Part shown: piece after piece, positions 47,543 through 57,357 of the stretch | Numbering within the stretch: the stretch's first letter is position 1 | Layout of the letters: each line of letters starts with the position of its first letter | Origin: a virus | Reading direction: 5' to 3' (one strand) | IMG/VR virus record: IMGVR_UViG_3300028920_000029 | Coordinates: 32,001 to 96,000 of that record | Length of the DNA: 64,000 bases | Position numbers and translations under genes: made by a program | Notes under the pieces: model-generated | What the model was told of the DNA's origin: nothing | What the model saw: the letters and a program-made list of their open reading frames with translations, nothing else | The model's database searches: none

Positions 47543-49381
47543 ATGGCAGTAAGTCTGGGTACGGACAGGAAGATACCAGATTATCTTCTATCTAGAATAG
47601 ATGGAAGTACAAGAGATGTTATTTATAAGGCCGTAGAAGAGTGGGATAACATTGAAATACACGATAAGGTTATAGATATACTTAATGACCTATTTGTTTT
47701 AACGGCTAGTGATGATGGGCTTAAGATATGGGAAGCCTTTTATCGTAAGAAACCTTACTCTATGCCGCCTACTGAGTGGAGACAGCTAGTATATCTACTT
47801 AACACCACAGTTATCAACGGCCCCACGGTGTCAAATATTGAGGCTTTACTAGGGTTTTTTGATAGCGGAGCTACGTTAACTCTTGTAGAATCTTCGGTAA
47901 TATATAGTGAGGATACTGACTTTACTGACCTATCCTCAGAGACTACCATAGTCAGTGAGCAGTCTACTATATCATCAGACGCAACTGGCACGTGGGATGA
48001 TGAGTTCTTTTTACTTAGGGCTGATACAAAGATATATAAGATATCAGATTTCCAAGAGAGAATAGATGGGTATGCACAACTGTTGTTCGACCTATTAAAC
48101 AAGGTGCTTCCAGCTAATGTCCGTGTGGTTATAGAGGAGTTCGAGAGTCAGTTATCTTCTACTGATATAACTTCCGATACGGAGGCTTCTACTCCTCCTT
48201 CTGCTATATCAGATAACTATATGGTAGCTACGTTTCAGCTTCCGTGGTTATCTAGGGGCGGACTACCAATCTTTGCTTTGTATGATTGGGAAGCTCAAAC
48301 CTATATACAGGAGACTATTATAACTGTACCATCTGCTTCGGGCATGTCTTTACTCCAGGCAGACCTAATAAACAACAACGCTTTGCTTGCTTTATGGTAC
48401 AAAAAACTTGATGGTAAGTTAAGGATTTATTTGTATAATACATCTACAGGTTATCATGAAATACTTATGGATAACGTGCACGTGTATTCTATGAACGCAG
48501 CAGCACATGCTTGGTTAAAGCACGGGCTTGTACTACATGATGCGGCTACAGAAACTGTGAGAGTAGCGTTGTATAAACCTAAGAGTGTGTATGGTTCTGA
48601 CGGAACCGTAACAGCAGTAAAGAGTGGAGAGTATACTGGAGTTACATCACAGCTTAACTCAGGAGAAACCATTAAAGCGCTGGCTCCTAGGAAGTGGAAC
48701 CAGGGAACACAGGCTGAAACCGTAATGTTTGTTACGTCTTCGTCAAGAGTATTCAGTGCTACTCCATGGCCAGACCAGGTTAGCAGTCCCGCACCAACAT
48801 TAAAGTTTAATAATACTGATAGTACTACGGCGTTGTCGACACTAATAAACAGAGTACCTAAGTTCTTTGCACCTACGGATGATTGTTTGGTAGCAGTAAA
48901 TCCTTACTTTGGAAGCTACCCTAATAGAAATAGGATAGTTGTATTGTCTGAAACTGCTGGTACTATAAACCCAGCGCTGACGGTTGACGGGTTAGCTAAA
49001 GGTATAGATTTGCCGTTAGTATTTATGAAGGATCGAATGATAATACAGAGTGGTTACAGGAGCCCAGATGATATCCATGCTCCTAAGGTACCTTACAAGT
49101 CCAGCATACCATTTACATCGTTTGGTACAAAGATAGTAACATTGGATAAAGATTACTACTATCCAATTGAAGTAGCCAACTCATCTAAGAGTTTTGCTGT
49201 GGCAAATGGTACAGCGTCAGGACTTAGAGTTGCAATACATAGAAACTTTTTAACAGAGGTACTTAGAAAAGAAGGGGCCGACACTACTGACATGGATACC
49301 TATTCAGTAGAGACACGGCTGTTACCTCCACTGCTGCAGAGTAATGGAGCTGGTAACGTACTTAAAATATACAGAGTGTAA
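47543..49381 (+). CDS. Baseplate wedge (gpI-like N-terminus) with a beta-rich C-terminal domain
   Basis: IPDYL, GLKIWE, GPTVSNIEALL and NKVLPAN motifs; follows baseplate J. Confidence 0.65.
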   Translation: MAVSLGTDRKIPDYLLSRIDGSTRDVIYKAVEEWDNIEIHDKVIDILNDLFVLTASDDGLKIWEAFYRKKPYSMPPTEWRQLVYLLNTTVINGPTVSNIEALLGFFDSGATLTLVESSVIYSEDTDFTDLSSETTIVSEQSTISSDATGTWDDEFFLLRADTKIYKISDFQERIDGYAQLLFDLLNKVLPANVRVVIEEFESQLSSTDITSDTEASTPPSAISDNYMVATFQLPWLSRGGLPIFALYDWEAQTYIQETIITVPSASGMSLLQADLINNNALLALWYKKLDGKLRIYLYNTSTGYHEILMDNVHVYSMNAAAHAWLKHGLVLHDAATETVRVALYKPKSVYGSDGTVTAVKSGEYTGVTSQLNSGETIKALAPRKWNQGTQAETVMFVTSSSRVFSATPWPDQVSSPAPTLKFNNTDSTTALSTLINRVPKFFAPTDDCLVAVNPYFGSYPNRNRIVVLSETAGTINPALTVDGLAKGIDLPLVFMKDRMIIQSGYRSPDDIHAPKVPYKSSIPFTSFGTKIVTLDKDYYYPIEVANSSKSFAVANGTASGLRVAIHRNFLTEVLRKEGADTTDMDTYSVETRLLPPLLQSNGAGNVLKIYRV

Positions 49382-49392
49382 GGAGGATTACT

Positions 49393-49557
49393 ATGAAGGT
49401 TAAAATTATTAAGGCCATTTACAAAGTGGTAAAGACGTACATACTTAAAGAAGCTAAGGCTACTGGTAACAAAGAGTTTGAAGATAAAGTTACTGCTGCC
49501 TTAGAAGTAATAGAAGACGTGTTTGATTCTATAGTGAAGAACACTAAGAAATCCTAA
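49393..49557 (+). CDS. Small amphipathic protein (54 aa, not in ORF track)
   Basis: AGGAGG RBS; MKVKIIKAIYKVVKTYILKEAK...; fills the gap. Confidence 0.65.
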   Translation: MKVKIIKAIYKVVKTYILKEAKATGNKEFEDKVTAALEVIEDVFDSIVKNTKKS

Positions 49558-49567
49558 GGAGGTAAGT

Positions 49568-52500
49568 ATGCTTAGGTTGTTTAGAGGATTGTTTAAGAAA
49601 GCTCAGAGTAATGAAATACTGACAAAGCTTAAGGAGTTATCAGGTAAGTCTGATGGTATGCTGCCGTTAAAACTTATGGCTATTGTTATATCTAACGCGC
49701 AAAAGTCTTATGGTTTGAAGAACCCTCCAGCAGTTAACATAGGAATTATAGAGACCAGTGCTAACGTTGCGGGTGTTGGTGAAGAGTACAAGACTTTTGT
49801 AGAGGAACCTCTGAAAGATATTATATTAAAGATGAAAGACCCAACCAACTTAACGGACGAAAGCTATACTGAGTTTGCAGATACTATAGATAAGGTGTCC
49901 GAAGATTTTACTAATGTGTGGAAAGAGGTTAGAGAGTCAGCACCTGAAGCGGGCCCGACAAAGAAAAAGAAAAGCCCACCCAAAGAAAAGTCTGTTGTTC
50001 CAGATGACTTAATAAAAATACTCATAACCAAGGAATCTCTTGGTAAGCTGCAAGATGAATCTGTGGACGCTATGTACGAAGCCGTTCAGAATCTTCCTGC
50101 AGTTAAGACTATGTTGGCTAAAGTTAAGTCAGAAGGAGACTCCATTGATAAGTTATATAATACTTTTCAGCTAGCTGGTAAGGCAATGATAGATAACTTC
50201 TTTAAAGATTCTGCAGCTACATCACTGGCGTCGATTATAGGAGATAACAGAGATGAACTAACTGCTGAAATTAAAGAAGGTATGACTGGTGACAACGCCA
50301 AGTTTAGGACTGGAAGTCCAGAAATTATAAGGGAAATCACAAGGCCTTTGCTTGCGTCGTTGGTTGCAGAGTATTGTTTAGGTTCGTTCGACCAGCAGAT
50401 TAACACGCTTATAAATCCTTCTGGAGCTGAGGAAGGCGTAGATGATGAACGTATAACAGCCATTACTTCAGAGAATTCTGACCAATATATTACACAAATA
50501 CTTGACAGAGAACAGCAAAGTGTACGTGCGTTAAAGGAACAGCTTGCTATGTCTGAGGAATCGGATGCCCCCACGTTTTACTTTGCGTCTGCAGATAGAA
50601 TAATATTTACCACTGAGGGCCGCAAACTACTCTTAAGTATTTGGAAAGAAAGGATGTACGGAAGTACTGGTGAGGTAATAGTAGGTTTGTTCCAAAGTAG
50701 AGTGAGAAGAATACAGGAAGAAAGTACTGGTGAAGCACCTCAGGAAACCTCAGAAGAACAGTCAGGTTTAGAGAAGGGACTATTCGATAGGTTAGCTAAG
50801 AGTATAAGTATCATAAATGTTAAGCATGACTACGTAGCTCTCATTCCCTCGGAAGTAAAGATGGTTGAGTTCTTAGTTGGGTTAGGGTTAGGGGACTATA
50901 ATGTTCCTAAGTTTTCTATTGTAGCCTATAAAGAAGGTACTGGTGAGAGTCACTTTAAAGATATCGGTGTGCACAACGCTATAGTATTCTTAGGTTCTAA
51001 TGGAATACTGCCTAGAGTTGTTCCAGTAACTGCTTCAGCTAAGTGGGAGTACACAGTTAATGCTCCTATCAACTTGAGTATGGCGGCTAAGAGTAGTGCA
51101 GAACAGGGGTGGTTTTTTCTCCTACTGCAGTTTATAATGAACTCAAATTCAAAAGGATTGCATTGGCTACAGCAGGCTATAGCTTTGTGGGATGAAAGGT
51201 TTGAAGCCTACAGAGATGTTCCTGCTTCTAAGATGTTAGATATGGCAGACAAAACTCTAGGTACTGCCAAAGACATAATTAGTAGTGGTGGAGCTAAGGG
51301 AGGTCCTGGTGCTCCAGTGGGAGGAGATGTACCTCTGCCTACCCAGAAAGGTGTGCCGTTTGAGCCTTCACCGTTTACTGGTGAGGCAAGGTTTACCCTT
51401 AGGTCTTTAAAGAGACTAGCTGCGGAGGCCAAAGAAAAAACTAGAAACAAATACTATACCGCAGATGATATAGTTAGAGCCGTATGTACGGAGTTAAAGG
51501 CTAGTAAGAACAAAGCTATAGACGTAGATATAAGTTGGACGTACGATGATGGCAACATAGATTCTTTTGTGTTGTTCTCTGTCACATTACATAATGTTAA
51601 GTTTAATACTCCTCTACAGTATAAGTTCGACTTGGGAGATGATGACGTAAAGAAAGAGCTTCAAAACCCAAAGAAGTTATTATCTTTAGGAAGCTTAGAA
51701 AAGCATAGGATAGGTAACACGGATATGTTTCTTATAGAGAACTCAACCAGCTACGCTAGCAGAAGTATGACAAGTTACGCGTCAGTGTTGGTTCCGTTTA
51801 CTAAAGTATTTAAGCAGGTAGATGCGGAACTAGATCCTAGGGCGTTCATACCTAGACACGAAACTGAAGTAGTAAAGCTAAGTGCTGGGGCAGAAGTATA
51901 TGATAGAACCGACAAAGCTGTGGAGAAAGAAGAAACAGACAAGGTAGTATCCAGCGGTAGAGATTTAATGTCGCTGATAAACAATACATTAAACACCAGA
52001 CTTATAGTTCCTGGGTTTGATAAGTCGCTAAACAAAACGGTTAAGGACCTTAAAGAGTCTGACAACCTTGATCAGCTTGCTGGTAGTTTGGAGATGGAAC
52101 TAGTGTACGCTCCGCTTGTGCTACTTAAGAACAAGTTAGCCAAGAACTTACGCAACACTACACCAGAAATGCAGGCGAAGGTTACGGCGTATACTGTTCA
52201 GCTTCGTAAGTTTATAACTGAAGTAAGTGCGTTGGCTACTAAAACTACTGCGTGTATGTTTGACTACGACAAGTATAGTGATAAAGATATCAAAGCGCAG
52301 CACGATAGATATATAGGTAATACCTTTAACGAAGCTTTGGATGCTGTATCTGGACTTCAGTCCTCTTCGGCATCTATCATATCAGACACAGTAAATACTG
52401 ACCAGGTTACTTACACATATACTGGGACAGCAGAGAAAGATTCAACCGCGGTAAAGCAATCCAACTTAGTGAATAAAATACAAAGGAGTTCAGACTTCTT

Positions 52501-54253
52501 TAGAAATGCGTATGAGGTTAGCCAGGTTGAACTGGATAACCTACAAGCTAAGATACTATTGTCATTTAACAACGATTTAGTTGATGGCGTAACAAAATTA
52601 AAAAAGAAAATCATTGGTCCAGCACTTACTCCGCAGGATGTAGTGAGAAGTAAGAAGAAGTTTATTGAACTAAACAAGGAAGTGGAGAAGGCTAAGGAGT
52701 TAGTATACTCTACAGATGGTTTACCTATAGAAGCTTTAAAAGCTAAGTACGCTAGTCTAGCTAAGATGATAGGTACTATGGTTACTGTAGATCCAACAAC
52801 TGGAGAGACTACTAACCCAGCTGTCAAAGCCCTTAACAACCTAAACAACATAGCATCAAAAGATACTTCCAAAGTACAGGCTGCCTTCTTTGTTATGGAG
52901 CTTGACGATCTTGCTGAGAGGCTTAATGATTTAGAATCAGACGCGCCAATAGAAGCATACGATAAAGAGTTTAAGAGAATATATAACAGTATGAAGAATA
53001 CTACTGGTACTCCTCCGAAAGAATTAGTTGTTGATCAAAGTCAGCAGCGTTCAATAGAAGCACTACAAGGTATAGGAGATTCAATGGATGGCCTCATCTC
53101 AGCCACACAGTTTTATAATCCAGAAGGAATAAAGAGAACTCTAAACTACGCAGACAAAACTCTGGACATGAGCGCTGACATGGCAAAGCCTATAATAAAT
53201 GTTCCTAGGATACCAACTGCTGGTAGTAAAGATGTGTCTGAAGCTATGCAGAAGTATGCTACAGCTATGGAGTTTGCTAAACGAATACCTATGAAGGGAG
53301 AAATAATAGATACCGTTAAGGATCTGATAGCTCACGGTGTAGGTATAATAGTAAACGCTGTAGATGAAAGTGTAAATGAACCAGCGCTGCCAACTATGGA
53401 TAGGAGTAGAAAGGTGCAAGATAAGATGACATCATCAGATGTGTGGGCTAAGAACATAGCTGCCAAAGGTATATCAACCTGGGTAACTGAGATGAAAAAC
53501 TACTTACGTGAGAACATAGACGACATAGAGGACACTGTTGGACCTGAAGATATGGAAGCGTTTAAGTCTGTACTGTTGCTGAACTCAAACGTTCTTAAAC
53601 TATTAACTGACTTGGAGTTAGGTAATGCTACCGTATCCGACGTCGTACATAATAAAGATATAAACGACTTACTTGATTTGATATGGAATGAGAATACCAG
53701 GACCTCTGAGGTAGGTGAACAACAACATTCCGACTGGCGTAAGTATGTTAAGGAAACTGCCAAAGGAATAGAAGATAATAGAAAACGTCAAACTGAAGAG
53801 AAGGAAAATAGGATAGAAATGTTCAAACAATATAGGATGGAACAGTTAAAGAAGAAGTTTGCAGGTACTGGTATGGATACTGAGAGGTTCTTTAACGCTA
53901 CGTTATCTGATGCTATGTATAGGGAGCACGCATTTATGCTGTCGAAGGCGGACAAGTTTGGTATATCTTTAGACAAGTCGCTTCCTACAGAGCAGCTACA
54001 TAAGAATTATGCTACTGTTAAGGAGTTACTAGATAAGGAACCGTCGTACCAGACAAAGTTTGATATAGAAAAGGTTGTTCGTTCTTGGGTTAAAGATAAT
54101 CCAGGATTACCTTATAACGAAGCCGTATCAATGTTACAAAACATTTACGGGGTTGAACGGGGGTTCAGCCAAGAGCAATTTGCTAGGGTTAAAGATCCTA
54201 ATTGGTCCGTAAAGTATTTGGATTCTATGAAGGACCATCCTTATGCAAAGTAA
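49568..54253 (+). CDS. Very large (1561 aa) unknown protein, probably head-internal/ejected
   Basis: N-terminal LFKKAQ and internal LKRLAA motifs; mostly helical; no recognised catalytic motif. Confidence 0.6.
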   Translation: MLRLFRGLFKKAQSNEILTKLKELSGKSDGMLPLKLMAIVISNAQKSYGLKNPPAVNIGIIETSANVAGVGEEYKTFVEEPLKDIILKMKDPTNLTDESYTEFADTIDKVSEDFTNVWKEVRESAPEAGPTKKKKSPPKEKSVVPDDLIKILITKESLGKLQDESVDAMYEAVQNLPAVKTMLAKVKSEGDSIDKLYNTFQLAGKAMIDNFFKDSAATSLASIIGDNRDELTAEIKEGMTGDNAKFRTGSPEIIREITRPLLASLVAEYCLGSFDQQINTLINPSGAEEGVDDERITAITSENSDQYITQILDREQQSVRALKEQLAMSEESDAPTFYFASADRIIFTTEGRKLLLSIWKERMYGSTGEVIVGLFQSRVRRIQEESTGEAPQETSEEQSGLEKGLFDRLAKSISIINVKHDYVALIPSEVKMVEFLVGLGLGDYNVPKFSIVAYKEGTGESHFKDIGVHNAIVFLGSNGILPRVVPVTASAKWEYTVNAPINLSMAAKSSAEQGWFFLLLQFIMNSNSKGLHWLQQAIALWDERFEAYRDVPASKMLDMADKTLGTAKDIISSGGAKGGPGAPVGGDVPLPTQKGVPFEPSPFTGEARFTLRSLKRLAAEAKEKTRNKYYTADDIVRAVCTELKASKNKAIDVDISWTYDDGNIDSFVLFSVTLHNVKFNTPLQYKFDLGDDDVKKELQNPKKLLSLGSLEKHRIGNTDMFLIENSTSYASRSMTSYASVLVPFTKVFKQVDAELDPRAFIPRHETEVVKLSAGAEVYDRTDKAVEKEETDKVVSSGRDLMSLINNTLNTRLIVPGFDKSLNKTVKDLKESDNLDQLAGSLEMELVYAPLVLLKNKLAKNLRNTTPEMQAKVTAYTVQLRKFITEVSALATKTTACMFDYDKYSDKDIKAQHDRYIGNTFNEALDAVSGLQSSSASIISDTVNTDQVTYTYTGTAEKDSTAVKQSNLVNKIQRSSDFFRNAYEVSQVELDNLQAKILLSFNNDLVDGVTKLKKKIIGPALTPQDVVRSKKKFIELNKEVEKAKELVYSTDGLPIEALKAKYASLAKMIGTMVTVDPTTGETTNPAVKALNNLNNIASKDTSKVQAAFFVMELDDLAERLNDLESDAPIEAYDKEFKRIYNSMKNTTGTPPKELVVDQSQQRSIEALQGIGDSMDGLISATQFYNPEGIKRTLNYADKTLDMSADMAKPIINVPRIPTAGSKDVSEAMQKYATAMEFAKRIPMKGEIIDTVKDLIAHGVGIIVNAVDESVNEPALPTMDRSRKVQDKMTSSDVWAKNIAAKGISTWVTEMKNYLRENIDDIEDTVGPEDMEAFKSVLLLNSNVLKLLTDLELGNATVSDVVHNKDINDLLDLIWNENTRTSEVGEQQHSDWRKYVKETAKGIEDNRKRQTEEKENRIEMFKQYRMEQLKKKFAGTGMDTERFFNATLSDAMYREHAFMLSKADKFGISLDKSLPTEQLHKNYATVKELLDKEPSYQTKFDIEKVVRSWVKDNPGLPYNEAVSMLQNIYGVERGFSQEQFARVKDPNWSVKYLDSMKDHPYAK

Positions 54254-54274
54254 ACTAACTGGGAGGGTAAGTAA

Positions 54275-54754
54275 ATGACTGAAGAACAGAAAGACGCTAA
54301 AGATATAGTAACTCTTCAGGAGTACATAGATACTCTAGTTGAGTTAAGGGTTACGTTGGGAACCATTAGTGAACTAATGGATAAGATATCTGTATCCGAG
54401 GAGAAACAGGCTGAGTCTATGAACGCTCTGGCTTCTGAAATGAAGTCCATCAAAGATAAGATAGCTAATATAGAACTTAAGATACTGTTAGCTAACGCCA
54501 ACGGAATAAAGAAACCCAACGGTAATGGTAATGGTAATGGTAATGGAAATAGTAAGAACGGAAAGAATGGTAAGAAAATCACAGAGTTGGATGAGGTTAA
54601 TAGGAAAATGATGTATGAGCTGGTCGGTAAGTTCTTTGTGAATAACTGGAAGTTCTTTCTTGTCATTGTTGTATTAGCTATAATAGGATTGACTGCGCTA
54701 AACATAGACATCCCATCTACATTAGGGTTGAAGCACGGACCTCCAACTCCTTAG
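54275..54754 (+). CDS. Coiled-coil plus single-TM membrane protein
   Basis: Heptad region, NG repeat and C-terminal TM helix. Confidence 0.65.
   Translation: MTEEQKDAKDIVTLQEYIDTLVELRVTLGTISELMDKISVSEEKQAESMNALASEMKSIKDKIANIELKILLANANGIKKPNGNGNGNGNGNSKNGKNGKKITELDEVNRKMMYELVGKFFVNNWKFFLVIVVLAIIGLTALNIDIPSTLGLKHGPPTP
54521..54550 (+). repeat. (GGTAAT)n hexamer repeat encoding Gly-Asn
   Basis: GGTAAT x4 followed by GGAAAT. Confidence 0.8.
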
Positions 54755-55215
54755 TCTTCAGTAGTTGGATCCATTACAGGTATAACTAGCTCTGAGATAT
54801 ACATTGGATTGAGTAGTGACTGAGTTAGTACCAGTTTGTAATCGTCTTTAGCGGCTGGATTCTGCTTGAGGTTTCCCTTATAGCGCTTAACATAGTATCG
54901 TTTACCAGATTTCTCGTATATGTTTATGACCTTATTCTTAATATTTGATACCAGAAACGTAGTAAACTTAGTATTTTTTGTACTGTCATACTTTACTATG
55001 GACGTAAAGATTACTGGCATCAACTCCTGTCTATAGTCATCTTTATCCCAGCAAGCTATGTACGCCTTACAGTATTTTCTTATACAGCTATCAACTATAG
55101 GTAGTATCGTCTTAACGAACTTATGGAACTCTAAGTTGTTTACTACGATACGCTTAGTAGTATCCAACATTATATCAAACGTACTGCTTCCAATGGCTAT
55201 GCGCTTTACTTGCAT
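54751..55215 (-). CDS. Sigma-70 region 2-like protein (no region 4)
   Basis: DDYRQE...SIVKYDSTKNTKFTTFL..IKN matches the region-2 pattern DL.QE...A..KFD....F.TY. Confidence 0.7.
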   Translation of the reverse strand: MQVKRIAIGSSTFDIMLDTTKRIVVNNLEFHKFVKTILPIVDSCIRKYCKAYIACWDKDDYRQELMPVIFTSIVKYDSTKNTKFTTFLVSNIKNKVINIYEKSGKRYYVKRYKGNLKQNPAAKDDYKLVLTQSLLNPMYISELVIPVMDPTTED

Positions 55216-55241
55216 ATGGTCTCCTAGTTGTTAAGTATTAA

Positions 55242-55484
55242 CTACACTTCCCAATCAAACAGTAAAAATATTAAACACATAAATGACCCAGTAAAACCTA
55301 CGAGGGCTGTCGCGAATGTTATCATAGTCCATACGTACGTAAGGGTTCGTGCTATAAAAGTTATGTCGTGGGGTAACTTATGTACGGAAGGTATAAGCTC
55401 TAACGCATATGACCCAACTACTGCCAACACAAATAACAATCCTAAGGTCGCAAATTTTTTCCCAACAAATTTTAGTATTTTCAT
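55242..55484 (-). CDS. Two-TM membrane protein
   Basis: Hydrophobic segments; ATGA coupling. Confidence 0.6.
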   Translation of the reverse strand: MKILKFVGKKFATLGLLFVLAVVGSYALELIPSVHKLPHDITFIARTLTYVWTMITFATALVGFTGSFMCLIFLLFDWEV

Positions 55485-55747
55485 TTCACCTCTCCTTTAT
55501 CTGAACTTGTGCAGTCATTACTTTCCTTATTGTAAAACTCATCCTTACACTTACTTGCAATCTTTAAATCCATATGTGCCAGTAGTTCAACAATAAGTGT
55601 AGCCTGTGAGTAAATGGGCAACTGCGCCCTAAGGTTGTCATCTTTAAGAATTGTAGTAACTGCTGACCGCTTTGCTGAGCGTATCCCGTCTTCAATGCCA
55701 TCTTCATAATACCTTTGGTTAATTTCATCTTGTGTCATTTCTTTCAT
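55481..55747 (-). CDS. Hypothetical protein
   Basis: GGAGG RBS; ATGA overlaps. Confidence 0.6.
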   Translation of the reverse strand: MKEMTQDEINQRYYEDGIEDGIRSAKRSAVTTILKDDNLRAQLPIYSQATLIVELLAHMDLKIASKCKDEFYNKESNDCTSSDKGEVK

Positions 55748-55998
55748 TTCAACACCTCCTTTTTTATGTCTTTACCAGCGCCCTTTAGTATCTTAATGAG
55801 CCTCTTGTACTTCTTATCCCACACCTTTAATTCTTTCTCCAGCTTCTTAATCTCCTCATCGCAGTCGACACTGATGTAAACAGTTACTACTTGAACCTCG
55901 CTAACTGTAGATCCGATAGCTTGCGGTGTGACAACCTGTACTGCCATAACAGACAACGGTAATACTAACAACAGTAGTACTAATGTTAGTTGTTTCAT
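55744..55998 (-). CDS. Small exported protein with a coiled coil
   Basis: MKQLTLVLLLLVLPLSVMA signal peptide. Confidence 0.6.
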   Translation of the reverse strand: MKQLTLVLLLLVLPLSVMAVQVVTPQAIGSTVSEVQVVTVYISVDCDEEIKKLEKELKVWDKKYKRLIKILKGAGKDIKKEVLK

Positions 55999-56330
55999 TG
56001 GTCTATCCTCCCTTCGTATTCTTTGTATTCTAATAAGTAACTCTTGTTATTACAAGAAGAACATGTAGCTATCAATTGTTCTGGTCGCTCCTCTCCATAC
56101 ACATATCCCCAATCGTTGTGCCAGCAAGTATTACATCTGTACAACCACTTGTATATGTTAGTCTTACCAGGAACAGTTTGTGTTCCTAATGGATAAACGT
56201 TTCGTTCTTTACTGTACGGAGGCTCCCCGAATACCTTACGAACTTTATGGCTAAACGATTCGCAGGCTTCTATGTCGTCCCAGCTCACGGCAAACTGCTG
56301 ATGGCTTTGCGTTGCTTGGCTTTCCACCAC
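55995..56330 (-). CDS. Zn-ribbon protein
   Basis: CNTC and CSSC motifs. Confidence 0.55.
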   Translation of the reverse strand: MVESQATQSHQQFAVSWDDIEACESFSHKVRKVFGEPPYSKERNVYPLGTQTVPGKTNIYKWLYRCNTCWHNDWGYVYGEERPEQLIATCSSCNNKSYLLEYKEYEGRIDQ

Positions 56331-56695
56331 TCCCGTTTGTAGGCTTTAATCTTTTCTTTGTTCTTTGTATAGTAATCATTTTGATACTTGGCTATCTTCT
56401 CTTTGTTCTTTTTCGTGTAACGCTTGTACCATTTAGTAGCTTGGTCCTTGTTCTTTTCATAGTACTCCCTGCGGTTCTTTCTACCTTCTGGTGTTCTTCT
56501 CTTAGCCAAGAGTTCTTCTTTGTGAGCCTCATAATACTTTTTTCTGTAGCCCGTCACTTTATCTTTATTGTTGCGAGCGTACTTCTTTGCGTAGTCATTA
56601 AGTTTCTCTTTGTTCTTTTCGTAGTACTTTTTCTTAGCCTGCCTGAAATTATCTTTGTGACTTTCGTAGTATTTTTTGTCGTAAGTGGTCATCAC
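56285..56695 (-). CDS. Basic repeat protein (KKYYExNKEK repeats), probably DNA-binding
   Basis: About 15-aa YY..NKEK repeats, similar to helical repeats found N-terminal in phage endonucleases; no nuclease domain visible. Confidence 0.65.
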   Translation of the reverse strand: MMTTYDKKYYESHKDNFRQAKKKYYEKNKEKLNDYAKKYARNNKDKVTGYRKKYYEAHKEELLAKRRTPEGRKNRREYYEKNKDQATKWYKRYTKKNKEKIAKYQNDYYTKNKEKIKAYKREWWKAKQRKAISSLP

Positions 56696-57357
56696 ATACC
56701 TCCTATTCCAAGCTGAATAATAAAATAGATGGCAAGTGCTGCGAGTAACGCCACACCCAGCTTTAGTATATAAGGTACGGCTACTATCCCAAACCTAATA
56801 ACATTTACTCTGAACTCAACGGTTCTCATTCTTTTATTAACTTCATCGTAAGTCTTTACCCGCTTGTTGTATTCGGACTTTCCCTTCTTAAGTATTCCCT
56901 TTAAGGCCTTAACAAGTAGTTTATCCTTTGAAGTTTTTACAAGGTTACTCATCTCTTTATGTGCTCCGTAAGCGAGTACTGCAAAGGAAGCTGAGTTATT
57001 CATCGCTCCGATATACATCTGCTCTAACTCACTAAAGTTGCAAGCCTTAATGAGTGTCCTGACTGCCTCCCTATTTAGTTTGTCCACTACCGAGTACTTG
57101 CATATGTCTGCCGCCACGTTCAAAGCTATAAGGAGCGCCAGAGACCTCTGGTTAAACGTTAAACCAGGACCGTGGCTAAGAGATTTTAGTCTCTTTAGTC
57201 CCTTACCTATCTTTCCTATACTCATATCAAATATAGCCTCGTCAAGCCCTATGTTCTTAAAGTGGAGTGCGTCTTCATTTCCAGCTGCAAAGAGCTGCTC
57301 GTTAATCTTTTCCTTAACAATTTTCTGTTCTTTACTAGTTGTTAACATCTGCCTCAC
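56692..57357 (-). CDS. Membrane-anchored hypothetical protein
   Basis: C-terminal TM helix; RBS and coupling. Confidence 0.6.
   Translation of the reverse strand: MRQMLTTSKEQKIVKEKINEQLFAAGNEDALHFKNIGLDEAIFDMSIGKIGKGLKRLKSLSHGPGLTFNQRSLALLIALNVAADICKYSVVDKLNREAVRTLIKACNFSELEQMYIGAMNNSASFAVLAYGAHKEMSNLVKTSKDKLLVKALKGILKKGKSEYNKRVKTYDEVNKRMRTVEFRVNVIRFGIVAVPYILKLGVALLAALAIYFIIQLGIGGM

Noticed and set aside
250-54711. Numerous - strand ORFs opposite the structural genes (e.g. 16431..17246, 44143..44790)
   Set aside because: They are shadow frames of long + strand genes, with antisense-type composition and no convincing RBS.
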